A stretch of 64,000 bases of DNA from a bacterium (GCA_046757525.1 JBHHYI010000001.1:64001-128000); one strand, 5' to 3'; numbered from the stretch's first letter, positions 42,177 to 53,552 are shown. The notes: generated from the letters alone by a model not told the origin. Program-made: numbers and translations.

Positions 42177-42848
42177 ATGTTAAAACCCAAAAAACGATTG
42201 ACCAAGAGGAAAATCAAAGAAGACAAATTTGTAACTTACTATTTCAAGGCCAACGATTTTGTCAAGCAAAACAGCTCAAGAATCACCATGGCAGGCGTGG
42301 GTCTGTTAGCGGTGATTGTCGTGGGGCTCGTACTCGCCAACAGCAGGCGTGAAAAAGAAAAACAAGCTTCCGTGGAATTTGCCAAGGCCCGGTCCGAATA
42401 CGTGACGGCGAATTACAATCAGGCTATTAAGTTGCTGAATGACCTCATCGTCAATTATGGCAGCACCGACAAGGCAACGGTGGCGAAATTCTATTTGGCA
42501 AACGCTTACTTCAATGTTCGGAAATACGACGAGGCTGAAGAGTTTTTTGAAGAATACTTAGACTCCGGTAGCGATGAATTCTTAAAGAGCTCGGCGTTAG
42601 CTGGCGTGGCGGCCTGTCTGGAACAAAAGGGGGAATATGCCAGGGCTGCGGACAAGTACCGGGAAGCAGCCGAGAAGTACCGCAAAAGTTCTCTTTCGCC
42701 GCAAAACTTGTTTGACGCAGCCAGGTGTTACCAATTGGCCGGGGACACGAGTGCTGCGAGTAAGAGTTTAGAATTGCTGCTTGAGAAATTTCCAAGTGCC
42801 GGCATAAAAAGTGATGCCGAAGAATTATTAGCAGAGTTGAATCCTTAA
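42177..42848 (+). CDS. Membrane-anchored TPR protein (YfgM-like)
   Basis: Basic N-terminus, single TM, successive TPR helices. Confidence 0.8.
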   Translation: MLKPKKRLTKRKIKEDKFVTYYFKANDFVKQNSSRITMAGVGLLAVIVVGLVLANSRREKEKQASVEFAKARSEYVTANYNQAIKLLNDLIVNYGSTDKATVAKFYLANAYFNVRKYDEAEEFFEEYLDSGSDEFLKSSALAGVAACLEQKGEYARAADKYREAAEKYRKSSLSPQNLFDAARCYQLAGDTSAASKSLELLLEKFPSAGIKSDAEELLAELNP

Positions 42849-42916
42849 GCCGTAGATACCTGCATATACAAAAATTACTTGCAAAAACTAAATAATTTTG
42901 TTATATTCTACACTTG

Positions 42917-42946
42917 GAAGTGGGTCAAACGACCCACTTTTTTATT
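42917..42946 (+). promoter_or_regulatory. rimP leader hairpin
   Basis: AAGTGGGTC-AAAC-GACCCACTT plus T-run just upstream of rimP; promoter TTGCAA-N17-TATATT at 42879-42907. Confidence 0.8.
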
Positions 42947-42960
42947 GTAAGGATATTTAA

Positions 42961-43416
42961 GTGAAAGACGTCGTTCGAAAACTACGGCGGCTATTTTCGG
43001 CCATTTTAGATGAGCAAAAGATCGAACTGGTTGAGTTGCTGGTCAAAGGGAGCAAGAGCCATCCGGTGATCAAGGTTTTCGTAGACGAGGCGCGTGGAGG
43101 TATCACGCTGTCTAAGTGTGAGCAGCTAACTCGTCAATTCCTGGACGCGCTGGATGTGGAAAGCACCGTGCCAGGAAGTTACCGTTTAGAGGTCTCTTCT
43201 CCGGGTCTGGACCGCCCTTTGAGAACTCTCAGCGACTTTACGCGCAACATTGGCCAAGAGGTTAGAATCGTTTACCGGGAAAATCTGGAAGAATCTAACA
43301 TCCAAGGAAAAATCGAATGCACAATGCCAGGCATCGTTCGACTAAAATGCCAAGGCCGAGAGAAAGAAATTCCTATTTCACAAATTAAAGAGGGCAAAAT
43401 AAGATTGCCCTGGTAA
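42961..43416 (+). CDS. rimP: Ribosome maturation factor RimP
   Basis: GITLSKC, YRLEVSSPGLDRPL. Confidence 0.93.
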   Translation: MKDVVRKLRRLFSAILDEQKIELVELLVKGSKSHPVIKVFVDEARGGITLSKCEQLTRQFLDALDVESTVPGSYRLEVSSPGLDRPLRTLSDFTRNIGQEVRIVYRENLEESNIQGKIECTMPGIVRLKCQGREKEIPISQIKEGKIRLPW

Positions 43417-43445
43417 TTGCGGGTTAATTGGAGGTTTGTTGCAGC

Positions 43446-44693
43446 ATGAAAAGCGAAATCGTTGAAGCTTTTTCTCAAATTGTGAAGGAGAAGAATATAG
43501 ACAAAGAGCTTCTTGGCGAAATCCTTGAAGGTACCATTCTTTCGATAATCAAGAAAAAGTATGGCAATGCAGACAATTTCGATATCTTTGTGAGCTCAGA
43601 TAAGGGTGAAATCGAAATTTACCAGAACAAAGTAATTGTGGAAAAGGTCGAAGATGAAGTCAGCGAGATTGACCTGGAATCTGCCCGGAAGGTTGCCCCG
43701 GACCTGGAGATCGGAGATGAGTATGTGGAGATCGTGAATCCGGCCAGTTTTGGGCGCAGATTGATCGTGTCGGCCAAACAAAACCTCAATCAAAAATTAA
43801 AAGATGCTGAGAAGGAAATCATCTTAGAGGACTTTCAAAAGCGCGTTGGTGAAATAATCATTGGCGACGTGCGGCAAATCAACAGAGACGAAATCTATTT
43901 AAACATTGAGAAGACAGAAGTGACCCTGCCGCGCAGAGAACAGATTCAAAGTGAAAGATACCGGCGGGGAGATCATATCCGGGTGATTGTCAAGGGTGTT
44001 TCGAAAACCAATCGCGGGTTGGAAATCATCGTGTCGCGGGCGGACCCAATGTTTGCCATCCGGCTTTTTGAATTAGAGGTGCCTGAGATTTATGATGGAA
44101 TCATCGAGATCAAAAGCGTAGCCCGTGAGCCTGGAGAACGGGCCAAGATCGCAGTAACCTCCAACGACAAACGGATTGATGCTTTGGGTGCGTGTGTGGG
44201 GATGAAAGGAATCCGGATTCAGGCGATCAGTCGCGAGTTGAATAATGAAAAAATCGACGTCATCAATTGGCACAGTGATCCGGGTATATTTATTTCAAGG
44301 TCGTTGAGCCCTGCCAAGGTGAGCAAAGTAATCGTGGACCAAAACAAAAAGAAAGCGATTGCTGTCCTTTCTGACAGCCAGGTGTCTCTGGCTATTGGCA
44401 GAGGTGGGCAAAACCGACGACTGGCCTCCAGGCTTACTGGCTATGACATTGAAATCATCAAAGAAAGCGATTATTTGAGAATCATGCAAACTGACCTTGA
44501 GGGGGATCACAACATTAGTTTGAAAGAAGTGGACGGTATCACACCAAGCGTCTTAAAGAAATTGACGGATGCCGACGTGGAGACTGTGGCAGACGTCATG
44601 AAATTGGGCAGAAAGGAATTAATGAAAATCCCTGGAATTGGAGAGAAGACTGCTCGAAAGATTCTCAAAAAGGTTAATTTTGTAAGTAACTGA
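43446..44693 (+). CDS. nusA: Transcription termination factor NusA
   Basis: FGRR, LEVPEIYDG, AREPGERAK, GACVG, LAIGRGGQN; C-terminal HhH. Confidence 0.97.
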   Translation: MKSEIVEAFSQIVKEKNIDKELLGEILEGTILSIIKKKYGNADNFDIFVSSDKGEIEIYQNKVIVEKVEDEVSEIDLESARKVAPDLEIGDEYVEIVNPASFGRRLIVSAKQNLNQKLKDAEKEIILEDFQKRVGEIIIGDVRQINRDEIYLNIEKTEVTLPRREQIQSERYRRGDHIRVIVKGVSKTNRGLEIIVSRADPMFAIRLFELEVPEIYDGIIEIKSVAREPGERAKIAVTSNDKRIDALGACVGMKGIRIQAISRELNNEKIDVINWHSDPGIFISRSLSPAKVSKVIVDQNKKKAIAVLSDSQVSLAIGRGGQNRRLASRLTGYDIEIIKESDYLRIMQTDLEGDHNISLKEVDGITPSVLKKLTDADVETVADVMKLGRKELMKIPGIGEKTARKILKKVNFVSN

Positions 44694-44729
44694 TCGAGCT
44701 GAGCCTCAAAAAATAGTGGAGAAACTGAT

Positions 44730-47426
44730 TTGAGTGGTACACGCAGAGTATTTCAAGTCGCTCGAGAATTGCACATTTCGAACGAGGCGGCGATAAGTTT
44801 TCTGGGCAAATTGGATTCGAAGATTCATAATCAGATGAGTTCGGTGCCGGATTCGCTGTACGAAAAAATATGCCAAAAATACAACAGCGACAATATAGCG
44901 ACTGATGTTGAACAAGACTTTCGGCAACGCCTGAAAGACAAAAAGATATTAGATGAGCTGCGTCGAAGCAAAGCGCGCAAAGAATTAGAGGAGAGAATTA
45001 AAGTTGCCACCAGAATAGCTGAAGAGCGACCCAGGAGACGAAAGGAAGCGCAAGAAACTGCTGAGCAGAAGGCTGAAGAGCAACGTAAGCTTGCAGAACA
45101 AGAAAAGAAACTAAAAGAGGTCCAGGCCGAGAAAGTTGCAGAAAAACCAGAGGAGTTGTCCGTAGTTGAGCGAATATCGCGTGCGAAAAAGGAGATCGAG
45201 CGTCAGAACAAATTAGCAAAGGCTCAGAAGACAGGCGAGGAGAAAGAGGTTGGTGCACAAGAAGGGAAGAAGAAGGGAGTCGTTGCAAAAGAAAAGACAG
45301 CTTTAGAAGAGGGTGCCGGCCAGGAAAAAGTTGCGGCTGAAGTCAAAGTCAAGGCTGAAACGCCTGCCAAAACCAAAAAGGCGAGGAAAGGCAAGACAGA
45401 AGAGCAAGAAGTTGTCGCAACGGAAGCCAAGGACGAGAAAGAGAAAGAAAAAAAAGAAGAAAAAGAGTCGAAGAAAAAACTGGCTGGTACTGAGAAGCAA
45501 ACTCAGGAAAAAGGCAAACGCAAGAAAAAGAGGAAAAAGCGCAAAATCAGCGAGGAGGAGATCGAGGAGTCCATTCGTCAAACTCTGGCGGCAATGGAAG
45601 AAGTCAAGCCCAAGCGACGCAAACGCAAAGTTAAGGGTACCGAAGAGACAGAAGAAGTCGATGAAAATGTGATCAAGGTGAGTGAGTTTATCTCCACTGC
45701 GGAATTGGCTGACATGCTCAATGTTGAACCCACGGAAGTCATACAGAAGTGTTTGCAATTGGGCATGATGGTTTCCATAAACCAACGTCTCGACATGGAA
45801 ACCATTGTGTCCGTGGCCGATGAGTTTGGCTGCGAAGTGGAAATCGTTCAGGAGTATGGCGCGGACACCATTGATCACGAAGACCTTTTGGAGATCGATG
45901 AGGAGACTGCGGTTCCCCGCCATCCTGTGGTCACCATCATGGGGCACGTCGATCATGGCAAGACCTCTCTGTTGGATTATATTCGAAAAAGCAATATCAT
46001 AGCTGGTGAAGCTGGTAGCATTACTCAGCACATAGGAGCTTACGAAGTTCAGGTCGATGGCAGCGCCATAACCTTTCTGGACACACCAGGCCATGAGGCG
46101 TTTACCGCCATGCGTGCACGTGGCGCTCAGGTTACGGATCTGGTGGTCCTGATCGTCGCGGCCGACGATGGCGTGCAGCCTCAGACCATCGAGGCCATCA
46201 ATCACGCCAAAGCTGCGGGAGTTCCCATCGTCGTTGCGATCAACAAAATAGACAAACCTGCCGCGAACCCGGAGCAGTTGAAAAAGCAGCTTGCCGACAA
46301 CGATGTGCTGGTAGAGAGTTGGGGAGGAAAATACCAATCGGTAGAGATTTCGGCAAAGAAGGGGATTGGCATCGACAAGCTTCTGGAGATGATTCTTTTG
46401 GAAGCGGACATTCTGGAACTGAAAGCCAATCCGGAGCACAAAGCCCGCGGCATCATCATTGAAGCAAGACTGGACAAGGGGAAAGGTCCGGTGGCAACCG
46501 TGTTGGTGCAAAATGGCACTTTGAGAGTCGGCGATTCGTTTGTTTCCGGGCAGTTTAGCGGAAAAGTCAGGGCCATGTACAACGAACGCAACAAGAAAGT
46601 CACCAAGGCACCCCCGGCCACGCCGGTACAGGTGGTTGGATTCGACGGCGTACCCCAGGCCGGTGACACCTTTGTGGTCATGGACACCGAGCGGGAAGTG
46701 CGGGAGATAAGCATGAAGCGGCAACAACTGCGGCGGGAGCAAGATTTTCGCCGTGCGCGGCATGTCACCCTTGATCAGATTTCTCAGCGAATTCGTGAGG
46801 GCGTTGTTAAGGAGCTTAACCTCATTGTGAAAGCGGATGTGGATGGTTCGGCAGAGGCTCTCAGTGATGCTTTGATGAAACTTTCAAATGATGAGGTCTC
46901 TGTAAACGTCATTCACAAAGGCGTCGGCGGAATTTCGGAATCCGACATTCTGTTGGCCGCGGCCTCTCACGCGGTGATTGTTGGCTTTCACATTCGGCCT
47001 ACGCTGCAAGCCAGAGAATTGGCGGAGAAAGAAAATGTGGACATCCATCTGTATCGCGTCATTTACGACGCCGTCGAAGATGTCAAATTGGCCCTGGAAG
47101 GTATGCTTGAACCGGAAATCGTCGAGGAGATGACGGCTTCGGTGGAAGTCAGGGACATTTTCAAGGTACCGAAAACTGGCACGGTGGCCGGTTGTTACGT
47201 GCAGTCCGGCAAGATTAATCGCAACGATTTGGCCAAGATCTACCGGGATGATAAATTGCTGTACGAAACCAAGATCAAATCGTTGAAGCGTTTCAAGGAT
47301 GATGTGCGCGAAGTTGCAGCCGGCTTTGAGTGTGGCGTCGGTTTGGAGGGCTTTGACGACGTCAAGATTGGCGACATCATCGAATCGTACCAGCAAATCG
47401 AAACCAAACGGAAGCTGCAAATATGA
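44730..47426 (+). CDS. infB: Translation initiation factor IF-2
   Basis: MGHVDHGKTSLLD, DTPGHEAF, NKID; long K/E-rich N-terminus. Confidence 0.98.
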   Translation: MSGTRRVFQVARELHISNEAAISFLGKLDSKIHNQMSSVPDSLYEKICQKYNSDNIATDVEQDFRQRLKDKKILDELRRSKARKELEERIKVATRIAEERPRRRKEAQETAEQKAEEQRKLAEQEKKLKEVQAEKVAEKPEELSVVERISRAKKEIERQNKLAKAQKTGEEKEVGAQEGKKKGVVAKEKTALEEGAGQEKVAAEVKVKAETPAKTKKARKGKTEEQEVVATEAKDEKEKEKKEEKESKKKLAGTEKQTQEKGKRKKKRKKRKISEEEIEESIRQTLAAMEEVKPKRRKRKVKGTEETEEVDENVIKVSEFISTAELADMLNVEPTEVIQKCLQLGMMVSINQRLDMETIVSVADEFGCEVEIVQEYGADTIDHEDLLEIDEETAVPRHPVVTIMGHVDHGKTSLLDYIRKSNIIAGEAGSITQHIGAYEVQVDGSAITFLDTPGHEAFTAMRARGAQVTDLVVLIVAADDGVQPQTIEAINHAKAAGVPIVVAINKIDKPAANPEQLKKQLADNDVLVESWGGKYQSVEISAKKGIGIDKLLEMILLEADILELKANPEHKARGIIIEARLDKGKGPVATVLVQNGTLRVGDSFVSGQFSGKVRAMYNERNKKVTKAPPATPVQVVGFDGVPQAGDTFVVMDTEREVREISMKRQQLRREQDFRRARHVTLDQISQRIREGVVKELNLIVKADVDGSAEALSDALMKLSNDEVSVNVIHKGVGGISESDILLAAASHAVIVGFHIRPTLQARELAEKENVDIHLYRVIYDAVEDVKLALEGMLEPEIVEEMTASVEVRDIFKVPKTGTVAGCYVQSGKINRNDLAKIYRDDKLLYETKIKSLKRFKDDVREVAAGFECGVGLEGFDDVKIGDIIESYQQIETKRKLQI

Positions 47427-47455
47427 ACCCAACACCGGCTCAAAAGCGGTAGGCT

Positions 47456-47737
47456 ATGCTGATTGGCGTGTGTCGCATCGAATTGTTCGTACCTAATAGC
47501 AGTTCCTTGAAAGCCAAACGGTTCGTTCTGACCAGTATCAAGAAACGCATTCATAACAAGTTCAACGTTTCGGTTTCTGAAGTGGACAGCCATGACAAAT
47601 GGCAAAGGGTAACTCTGGGCCTATCGATGGTGTCGAATGAACGCAAACACATCGACGCCATCGTCAGTGAGATTCTCAAGTTCATCGAAATGGATGGCAG
47701 GATGGAGATAGTCAATCACTTAACCGAGATTTATTAG
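47456..47737 (+). CDS. DUF503 (YlxP) family protein
   Basis: SLKAKR, KFNVSVSEV...DKWQ; between infB and rbfA. Confidence 0.88.
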   Translation: MLIGVCRIELFVPNSSSLKAKRFVLTSIKKRIHNKFNVSVSEVDSHDKWQRVTLGLSMVSNERKHIDAIVSEILKFIEMDGRMEIVNHLTEIY

Positions 47738-47739
47738 AG

Positions 47740-48099
47740 ATGTTAGAATATAAACGCTCACAGAGAGTGGCCGAACTTTTGCGCGAGGAGATTAGCAAGA
47801 TTGTTACCAATGAGCTCAAAGATCCCGACATTGGCCTGGCGACCATTACCCATGTTAGAGTGAGCGACAATCTTAGGTCAGCGCACATATTCGTTCAAGT
47901 TTATGGCGATGTTGAGAAGTCCCAAAAAAGTCTTTCGGGATTGCTGCGGGCCAGGAATTGGATCAGGAATGAGTTGGGGCACAGGTTGTCTCTGAAGTAT
48001 GTGCCTGAACTTACGTTTTGTTATGACGACACGCTGGAGTACGCTGAGAATATCGAATCTTTAATAAAGACCATACACGAGGGTGACGCGGACGGATAA
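47740..48099 (+). CDS. rbfA: Ribosome-binding factor A
   Basis: R..RVAE, KDP, YVPEL.F.YD. Confidence 0.95.
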   Translation: MLEYKRSQRVAELLREEISKIVTNELKDPDIGLATITHVRVSDNLRSAHIFVQVYGDVEKSQKSLSGLLRARNWIRNELGHRLSLKYVPELTFCYDDTLEYAENIESLIKTIHEGDADG

Positions 48100-48790
48100 A
48101 GCCACAGCAATTTCCCAAGGGGCGCATTTTGATTTTGAAAGGGGCGAAGTACTCAACATCAACAAGCCGGAGAATTGCACTTCGTTTGATGTCGTAAAGA
48201 GAATTCGCGCGCTGGTTGCAGTGAAAAAAGTGGGGCATGCTGGTACGCTGGACCCATTTGCACGGGGGGTTCTTTTGATTTGCACCGGGAAGGCCACCAA
48301 GCGCGTCTCGGACTTAGTGGACTGTGACAAAGAGTATCTCGCCACCATTGAACTGGGCAAAGTCACCGACACGCTGGACCGAACCGGCACCATAATCAGG
48401 GAAACCGTCCCCCCGGTGTTTGATCGGGCGACCATTCTGAGGGTTTGCAACCAGTTTACAGGCGAGATATGGCAGACCCCGCCAATGTATTCGGCCATCA
48501 AAATAAAGGGCCAGAGGCTGTATGATTTGGCTCGCCGCGGCATGGTGGTCGACAGAAAGCCCAGAAAGGTGACCATTCACCATATTGAATTGCTCAACTT
48601 TGATTCCCCGCGGATGGAACTCAGAGTAACATGTTCCAAGGGGACCTATATTCGCGCTTTGGCTTACGACATCGGAGAAGAATTAGGTTGCGGGGCACAT
48701 TTGAACGAACTGGTTCGTACGCGCATTGGACCGTACAAACTTGAGAATGCTTTTACTTTAAACAGATTTGAACGATTGTTGGCACATTAG
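48083..48790 (+). CDS. truB: tRNA pseudouridine(55) synthase (short form)
   Basis: KVGHAGTLDP, QTPPMYSAIK, CSKGTYIR. Confidence 0.95.
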   Translation: MTRTDKATAISQGAHFDFERGEVLNINKPENCTSFDVVKRIRALVAVKKVGHAGTLDPFARGVLLICTGKATKRVSDLVDCDKEYLATIELGKVTDTLDRTGTIIRETVPPVFDRATILRVCNQFTGEIWQTPPMYSAIKIKGQRLYDLARRGMVVDRKPRKVTIHHIELLNFDSPRMELRVTCSKGTYIRALAYDIGEELGCGAHLNELVRTRIGPYKLENAFTLNRFERLLAH

Positions 48791-48801
48791 ATTTGAATTA
48801 C

Positions 48802-49740
48802 ATGGAAATCTATCCGGACCTCAACAGCGTCAAAAAGAATTCGAACTCGGTGATAACCGTTGGCACTTTCGATGGGGTTCACTTAGGACATCAGTTTATT
48901 CTGGAGGAATTAAAAAAGAGAGCTATCCGGCGGGGTGCAGCTTCCACCTTAGTGACTTTCAAGCCACATCCACAACTGGTGCTCAACAGCAAGAAACCAG
49001 ATCTCAAAATTTTGACGACCCTTGAGGAAAAGATCGAAATTCTGTCCCAGATTCAATTGGATCGAGTGATCATCATTCCCTTTACCAGAGAGTTTGCCAA
49101 AACGCCGTCGCACGATTTCGTACGCACGATTCTGTTCGACACCATCGGATTCAAGGAAATAGTCGTGGGCCATGACCATGCCTTTGGCAAAGATCGGGAA
49201 GGCGACATGAGTACTTTGCGGGCCATGGCTGATGAATTAGGGTTTTCAGTAGACAATTTGCCGGGGTACCAATTGGACGGGACGGTCATTAGCAGCACAA
49301 AAATAAGAAATCTGATTGCCGGCGACAATATCAAAGAAGCTAACAAACTCTTAGCCAGAAATTACTTTTTCAGTGGCAAAGTAGTCCCGGGAGATGGCCG
49401 CGGCGCCAGACAAAATTTTCCGACCGCTAATCTTCAAATCGATTCGGAAGACAAATTGATTCCCCCCGATGGCGTCTATGCCGTACATGTGCGTCTAAGC
49501 GGAGAACAATATCACGGTATGATGAACATCGGTGTCCGACCCACGTTTGGAGAGCGTCAGCACACCATTGAAGTCCATATTTTCAATTTTGACCAGGACA
49601 TTTACGGAGAAACCTTGAGAATTGAATGCGTTGAAAAGATCAGAAATGAGATTCATTTCTCCAATCCAGGTGAATTGGTAAAACAATTAGAGAAAGACAA
49701 AACCCATTGCGTAACCCTATTAAGAGAACAGGAGGCATGA
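48802..49740 (+). CDS. ribF: Bifunctional riboflavin kinase / FAD synthetase
   Basis: [34 protein letters not shown]. Confidence 0.95.
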   Translation: MEIYPDLNSVKKNSNSVITVGTFDGVHLGHQFILEELKKRAIRRGAASTLVTFKPHPQLVLNSKKPDLKILTTLEEKIEILSQIQLDRVIIIPFTREFAKTPSHDFVRTILFDTIGFKEIVVGHDHAFGKDREGDMSTLRAMADELGFSVDNLPGYQLDGTVISSTKIRNLIAGDNIKEANKLLARNYFFSGKVVPGDGRGARQNFPTANLQIDSEDKLIPPDGVYAVHVRLSGEQYHGMMNIGVRPTFGERQHTIEVHIFNFDQDIYGETLRIECVEKIRNEIHFSNPGELVKQLEKDKTHCVTLLREQEA

Positions 49741-50009
49741 TGGCCCTTAGCTCAGAAGAAAAACGTACGCTCATTAAAGAATATGGCGATAGCGAAAAGG
49801 ACTCGGGAAAAACCGAAGTGCAAATAGCCATGCTGACCAAAAGAATCAACCAGCTAACGCCACATTTCAATGAGCACAAAAAAGACCACCATTCACGACG
49901 GGGGTTGCTCAAGATGGTCGGCAAGAGAAGGAGATTGTTAGACTATCTGGCGAAGAAAGATATCGAACGGTATCGCAAGGTCATTAAACAATTGGGCATT
50001 AGGCGGTGA
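49740..50009 (+). CDS. rpsO: 30S ribosomal protein S15
   Basis: [33 protein letters not shown]. Confidence 0.97.
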   Translation: MALSSEEKRTLIKEYGDSEKDSGKTEVQIAMLTKRINQLTPHFNEHKKDHHSRRGLLKMVGKRRRLLDYLAKKDIERYRKVIKQLGIRR

Positions 50010-50146
50010 CGCCGTCACAGAATGCCGGTTTAGTGGGCTCGGGGCTTTTGAGCTGAGTTTGCGGTATCTTCAAGACCGAGGACCTCTGGCAGAAAAGAGC
50101 AGGCCCGATTAATAACGTGGTACAACTTAAAGGAGTTGCTTTGGAC

Positions 50147-52246
50147 ATGATTGTAAACGAACAGATTGAAATTGACGGTAAGACTTATTCTATCGAAACA
50201 GGCAAGGTTGCTAAGCAAGCCAATGGATCGGTTTGGGTAAGAGTCGAGGATACCATTGTAATGGCTGCCGTGGTTGGGGCCACCGAGCCTACTGAAGGGT
50301 TGGATTTTTTCCCGCTTACTGTGGAGTATCGGGAAAGAGCCTATGCGGCCGGTAAGATTCCCGGGGGATTCTTCAAAAGAGAGGGCAGACCGAGTGAGAA
50401 TGAAATCTTGAATGCCCGCATCGTTGATCGATCGATTCGGCCCCTCTTTCCAAAAGGCTACAAGAACGAAGTACAAGTCATGGTCTACGTTTTGTCGGCG
50501 GACAAGGAAAACGATCCGGATGTTTTGGCCGTAACCGGTGCCTCGGCGGCGCTATATATTTCGGATTTACCTTTTTATGATCCAATCGCCGCGGTTAGAG
50601 TCGGACGCATTAAGGGAGAATATGTTGTCAATCCAACTTTTGCGGAGTTGGAAGAAAGCGACATCGACCTGGTGGTCTCGGCAACCAGGGAGTCTAGTGT
50701 CATGGTTGAAGGCGAAGCCAAAGAAATCAGTGAGCAAGATATGCTCGGTGCTTTGCAATTTGGTCACGAGAAGGTCAAGCAGATCTTGACTCTGGAGCAA
50801 AAGCTGTTCGAAAAAGTTGGTAAGGCGAAAATGGAAGTCCACCCGGATGAGCCTCCCGAAGAAATCGTCAAGAAAACCACAGAAGTCGTCGAGCCGCAGA
50901 TACATCGAATATTCTCGATCACGGAGAAGCAACAGAGGCATGATTTCGTGCACGAATTGAAGGAAGCTGCCGTTGAAGGCTTGTCGGAGGCTTACCCGGA
51001 TTGCGAAAAGGAAGTCTCTGAGATCGTCCACGATATCGAAAAGCAGGTCATCCGAAACAAGATAGTCACCGAAGGCAAGCGCATTGATGGTCGCGGTTTG
51101 GATGATATTCGCCCCATTAGCTGCGAAGTCGGGGTATTGCCACGCGCCCACGGCTCTGCTCTTTTTACCAGAGGCCAGACCCAGGCCCTGGCAGCCACCA
51201 CACTGGGTACCAAGATTGATGAGCAGAAAATGGAAGAACTTGAAGGGGCATTCTGGAAGACCTACATGTTGCACTACAATTTCCCGCCCTTTTGTGTCGG
51301 CGAGATCCGGCCCATTCGCGGAGTCAGCCGCCGGGAGGTGGGACATGGACATCTGGCTGAGAGAGCCATTAAACCTGCGATTCCGTCGGACACCGTTTTC
51401 CCCTACACCTTGCGCATTGTCTCTGACATTTTAGAATCCAATGGTTCCTCCTCAATGGCCACAGTCTGTGCTGGTTCTCTTTCGCTCATGGATGCCGGCG
51501 TGCCGCTGAAAACGCCGATTGCCGGCATCGCCATGGGGCTCATTAAAGAAGAGGACAATTACGTCATCCTGACCGATATTTTAGGCGATGAGGACCACCT
51601 GGGGGACATGGACTTCAAAGTGGCCGGCTCCAATGAAGGCATCACAGCCTTTCAAATGGACATCAAGGTAAAAGGCATTCCTGCCGAAGTATTAGAGCAA
51701 GCTTTGGAGAAAGCGAGGGTCGCCCGCTTGAAAGTCCTTGACATCATGAACCAGACCCTTGACAAACCGCGGGACGAAATATCACCCTACGCGCCCACGA
51801 TCACGACCATAAAGATCGGGGTCGATAATATTGGTACCGTCATCGGTCCCGGTGGCAAAATGATTCGGGAGATTACAGAAAAATCGGGCGCTACCATAAA
51901 CATTGAAGACGACGGCACGGTTATGATTGCCTCAACCGACCCCAGCGGTAGCAAGATGGCCCTGAGCATGATAGAGCAACTGGTTCAGGAACCTGAGTCT
52001 GGACAGACCTATATAGGTAAGGTCAAGAAAATTACTAACTTCGGGGCTTTCGTGGAATTCTTGCCTGGCAAAGAAGGTCTCCTTCATATCTCCGAAATTG
52101 CCCACCACCGGATCAACCGGGTTGAAGAGTATCTCAAAGTGGGCGATGAGATCGAAGTTAAGTTGCTGAAGATCGATTCTGGCGGCAAATTTGATTTGAG
52201 CAGAAAAGCGCTGCTGGAGAAAGATTCTGCCACAACGAAAAACTAA
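50147..52246 (+). CDS. pnp: Polyribonucleotide nucleotidyltransferase
   Basis: DFFPL, GKIPGGFFKREG, FTRGQTQ, ESNGSSSMA, GDMDFKVAG, KH and S1 domains. Confidence 0.98.
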   Translation: MIVNEQIEIDGKTYSIETGKVAKQANGSVWVRVEDTIVMAAVVGATEPTEGLDFFPLTVEYRERAYAAGKIPGGFFKREGRPSENEILNARIVDRSIRPLFPKGYKNEVQVMVYVLSADKENDPDVLAVTGASAALYISDLPFYDPIAAVRVGRIKGEYVVNPTFAELEESDIDLVVSATRESSVMVEGEAKEISEQDMLGALQFGHEKVKQILTLEQKLFEKVGKAKMEVHPDEPPEEIVKKTTEVVEPQIHRIFSITEKQQRHDFVHELKEAAVEGLSEAYPDCEKEVSEIVHDIEKQVIRNKIVTEGKRIDGRGLDDIRPISCEVGVLPRAHGSALFTRGQTQALAATTLGTKIDEQKMEELEGAFWKTYMLHYNFPPFCVGEIRPIRGVSRREVGHGHLAERAIKPAIPSDTVFPYTLRIVSDILESNGSSSMATVCAGSLSLMDAGVPLKTPIAGIAMGLIKEEDNYVILTDILGDEDHLGDMDFKVAGSNEGITAFQMDIKVKGIPAEVLEQALEKARVARLKVLDIMNQTLDKPRDEISPYAPTITTIKIGVDNIGTVIGPGGKMIREITEKSGATINIEDDGTVMIASTDPSGSKMALSMIEQLVQEPESGQTYIGKVKKITNFGAFVEFLPGKEGLLHISEIAHHRINRVEEYLKVGDEIEVKLLKIDSGGKFDLSRKALLEKDSATTKN

Positions 52247-52256
52247 AGGGCGGGCC

Positions 52257-53552
52257 TTGAAAATAACAAACTCCAATTACCAAAAGAGCATGCTGAGCAA
52301 CGGCATCCGGGTTGTGTCGGAAAAGATCCCGCACGTGCGATCGGTTTCCCTGGGTGTCTGGCTCATCGTTGGATCGAGAGATGAGAACGTTGAGAACAAC
52401 GGCATTTCGCACTACATAGAGCACATGCTGTTTAAAGGCACCAATAAGAGAAAGGCTCAGGAAATTGCCGAAAGTTTGGAATCCGTGGGTGGTCATCTAA
52501 ATGCGTTTACGGCCAAAGAGTTGACTTGTTACTATGCGCACATACTGGATGAACACCTCACCATTGCCATCGACGTCATTTCAGACATCCTGAAAAACTC
52601 TATTTTTGACCGTGACGAAATGGAAAAAGAAAAGCAAGTCATCGTCGAAGAGATCAACAACATTGAAGAAACTCCAGAAGACATGGTACATGACTTGTTT
52701 CAGAACAACTTGTTTCCAAACCATTCCCTGGGTCTGTCGATCGTGGGAAGTCGAGAAAACGTGCTGAATTTTAAACGGGAGAACCTGTTAGACTATATCG
52801 ACAAGAACTACACCTCCAATAGGATTGTGATTGCAGCCGCTGGCAATGTAGTGCATTCACAATTGGTCGGACTGGCGGAGAAAAAGTTTGCCGAGTTCAA
52901 AAGTTCCGCAGAGCCAAACTACCCAAACCCGACTCAACCGCTAAAGTTGAGAAACATATTCGAGAACGGCGGGATTCAAGCGCATCTCTGCCTGGGCACA
53001 CATTCCTATTCCTACAGGAATCCCAAGAAATTCGGGCTGCTGGTTTTGAACACTCTGCTGGGTTCCGGCATGAGCTCCAGATTATTTCAAAACATTCGGG
53101 AAAAGTATGGTCTGGCTTACTCTATTTATTCCTATATCGATTTTCTGTTCGATACCGGCCTCTTTGGAGTTTATGTCGGCACCGACAGAAACAAACTGGA
53201 TTCTTCCATTGAGTTGATTAGCAAAGAGCTGGACAAACTGCGCAAGAATCGTGTCTCCGCCGCAGACCTGAATCGGACCAAGTCTCAGCTCAAGGGGAAT
53301 TTGATGTTGGGTCTGGAGAGTACTTCAAGCCGCATGAATCGACTGGCAAAGATGGAAATATATCTACAAAAGTATTACACGCTGGATGACACCTTGCTTG
53401 AGATCGAACGAGTCTCATCGGACGATTTGTTAGAAATCGCCAATGAGCTTTTTGACCCGAACCGAATTTGTTACACCATTTTGCAACCCCACAAGGGTAA
53501 GGGCTTACAAGAGGGAGGTATTTATGATCATTGGAATTCCAAAAGAAATTAA
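52257..53552 (+). CDS. M16 family zinc peptidase
   Basis: HYIEHMLFKGT (HxxEH), LNAFT, SSRLFQ.IRE..GLAY. Confidence 0.93.
   Translation: MKITNSNYQKSMLSNGIRVVSEKIPHVRSVSLGVWLIVGSRDENVENNGISHYIEHMLFKGTNKRKAQEIAESLESVGGHLNAFTAKELTCYYAHILDEHLTIAIDVISDILKNSIFDRDEMEKEKQVIVEEINNIEETPEDMVHDLFQNNLFPNHSLGLSIVGSRENVLNFKRENLLDYIDKNYTSNRIVIAAAGNVVHSQLVGLAEKKFAEFKSSAEPNYPNPTQPLKLRNIFENGGIQAHLCLGTHSYSYRNPKKFGLLVLNTLLGSGMSSRLFQNIREKYGLAYSIYSYIDFLFDTGLFGVYVGTDRNKLDSSIELISKELDKLRKNRVSAADLNRTKSQLKGNLMLGLESTSSRMNRLAKMEIYLQKYYTLDDTLLEIERVSSDDLLEIANELFDPNRICYTILQPHKGKGLQEGGIYDHWNSKRN

Noticed and set aside
45000..45660. Purine-rich low-complexity stretch resembling a repeat array
   Set aside because: Encodes the normal charged N-terminal region of IF-2
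45303..46763. 486-aa minus-strand ORF
   Set aside because: Antisense to infB; the F/L-rich tail mirrors the K/E-rich IF-2 linker
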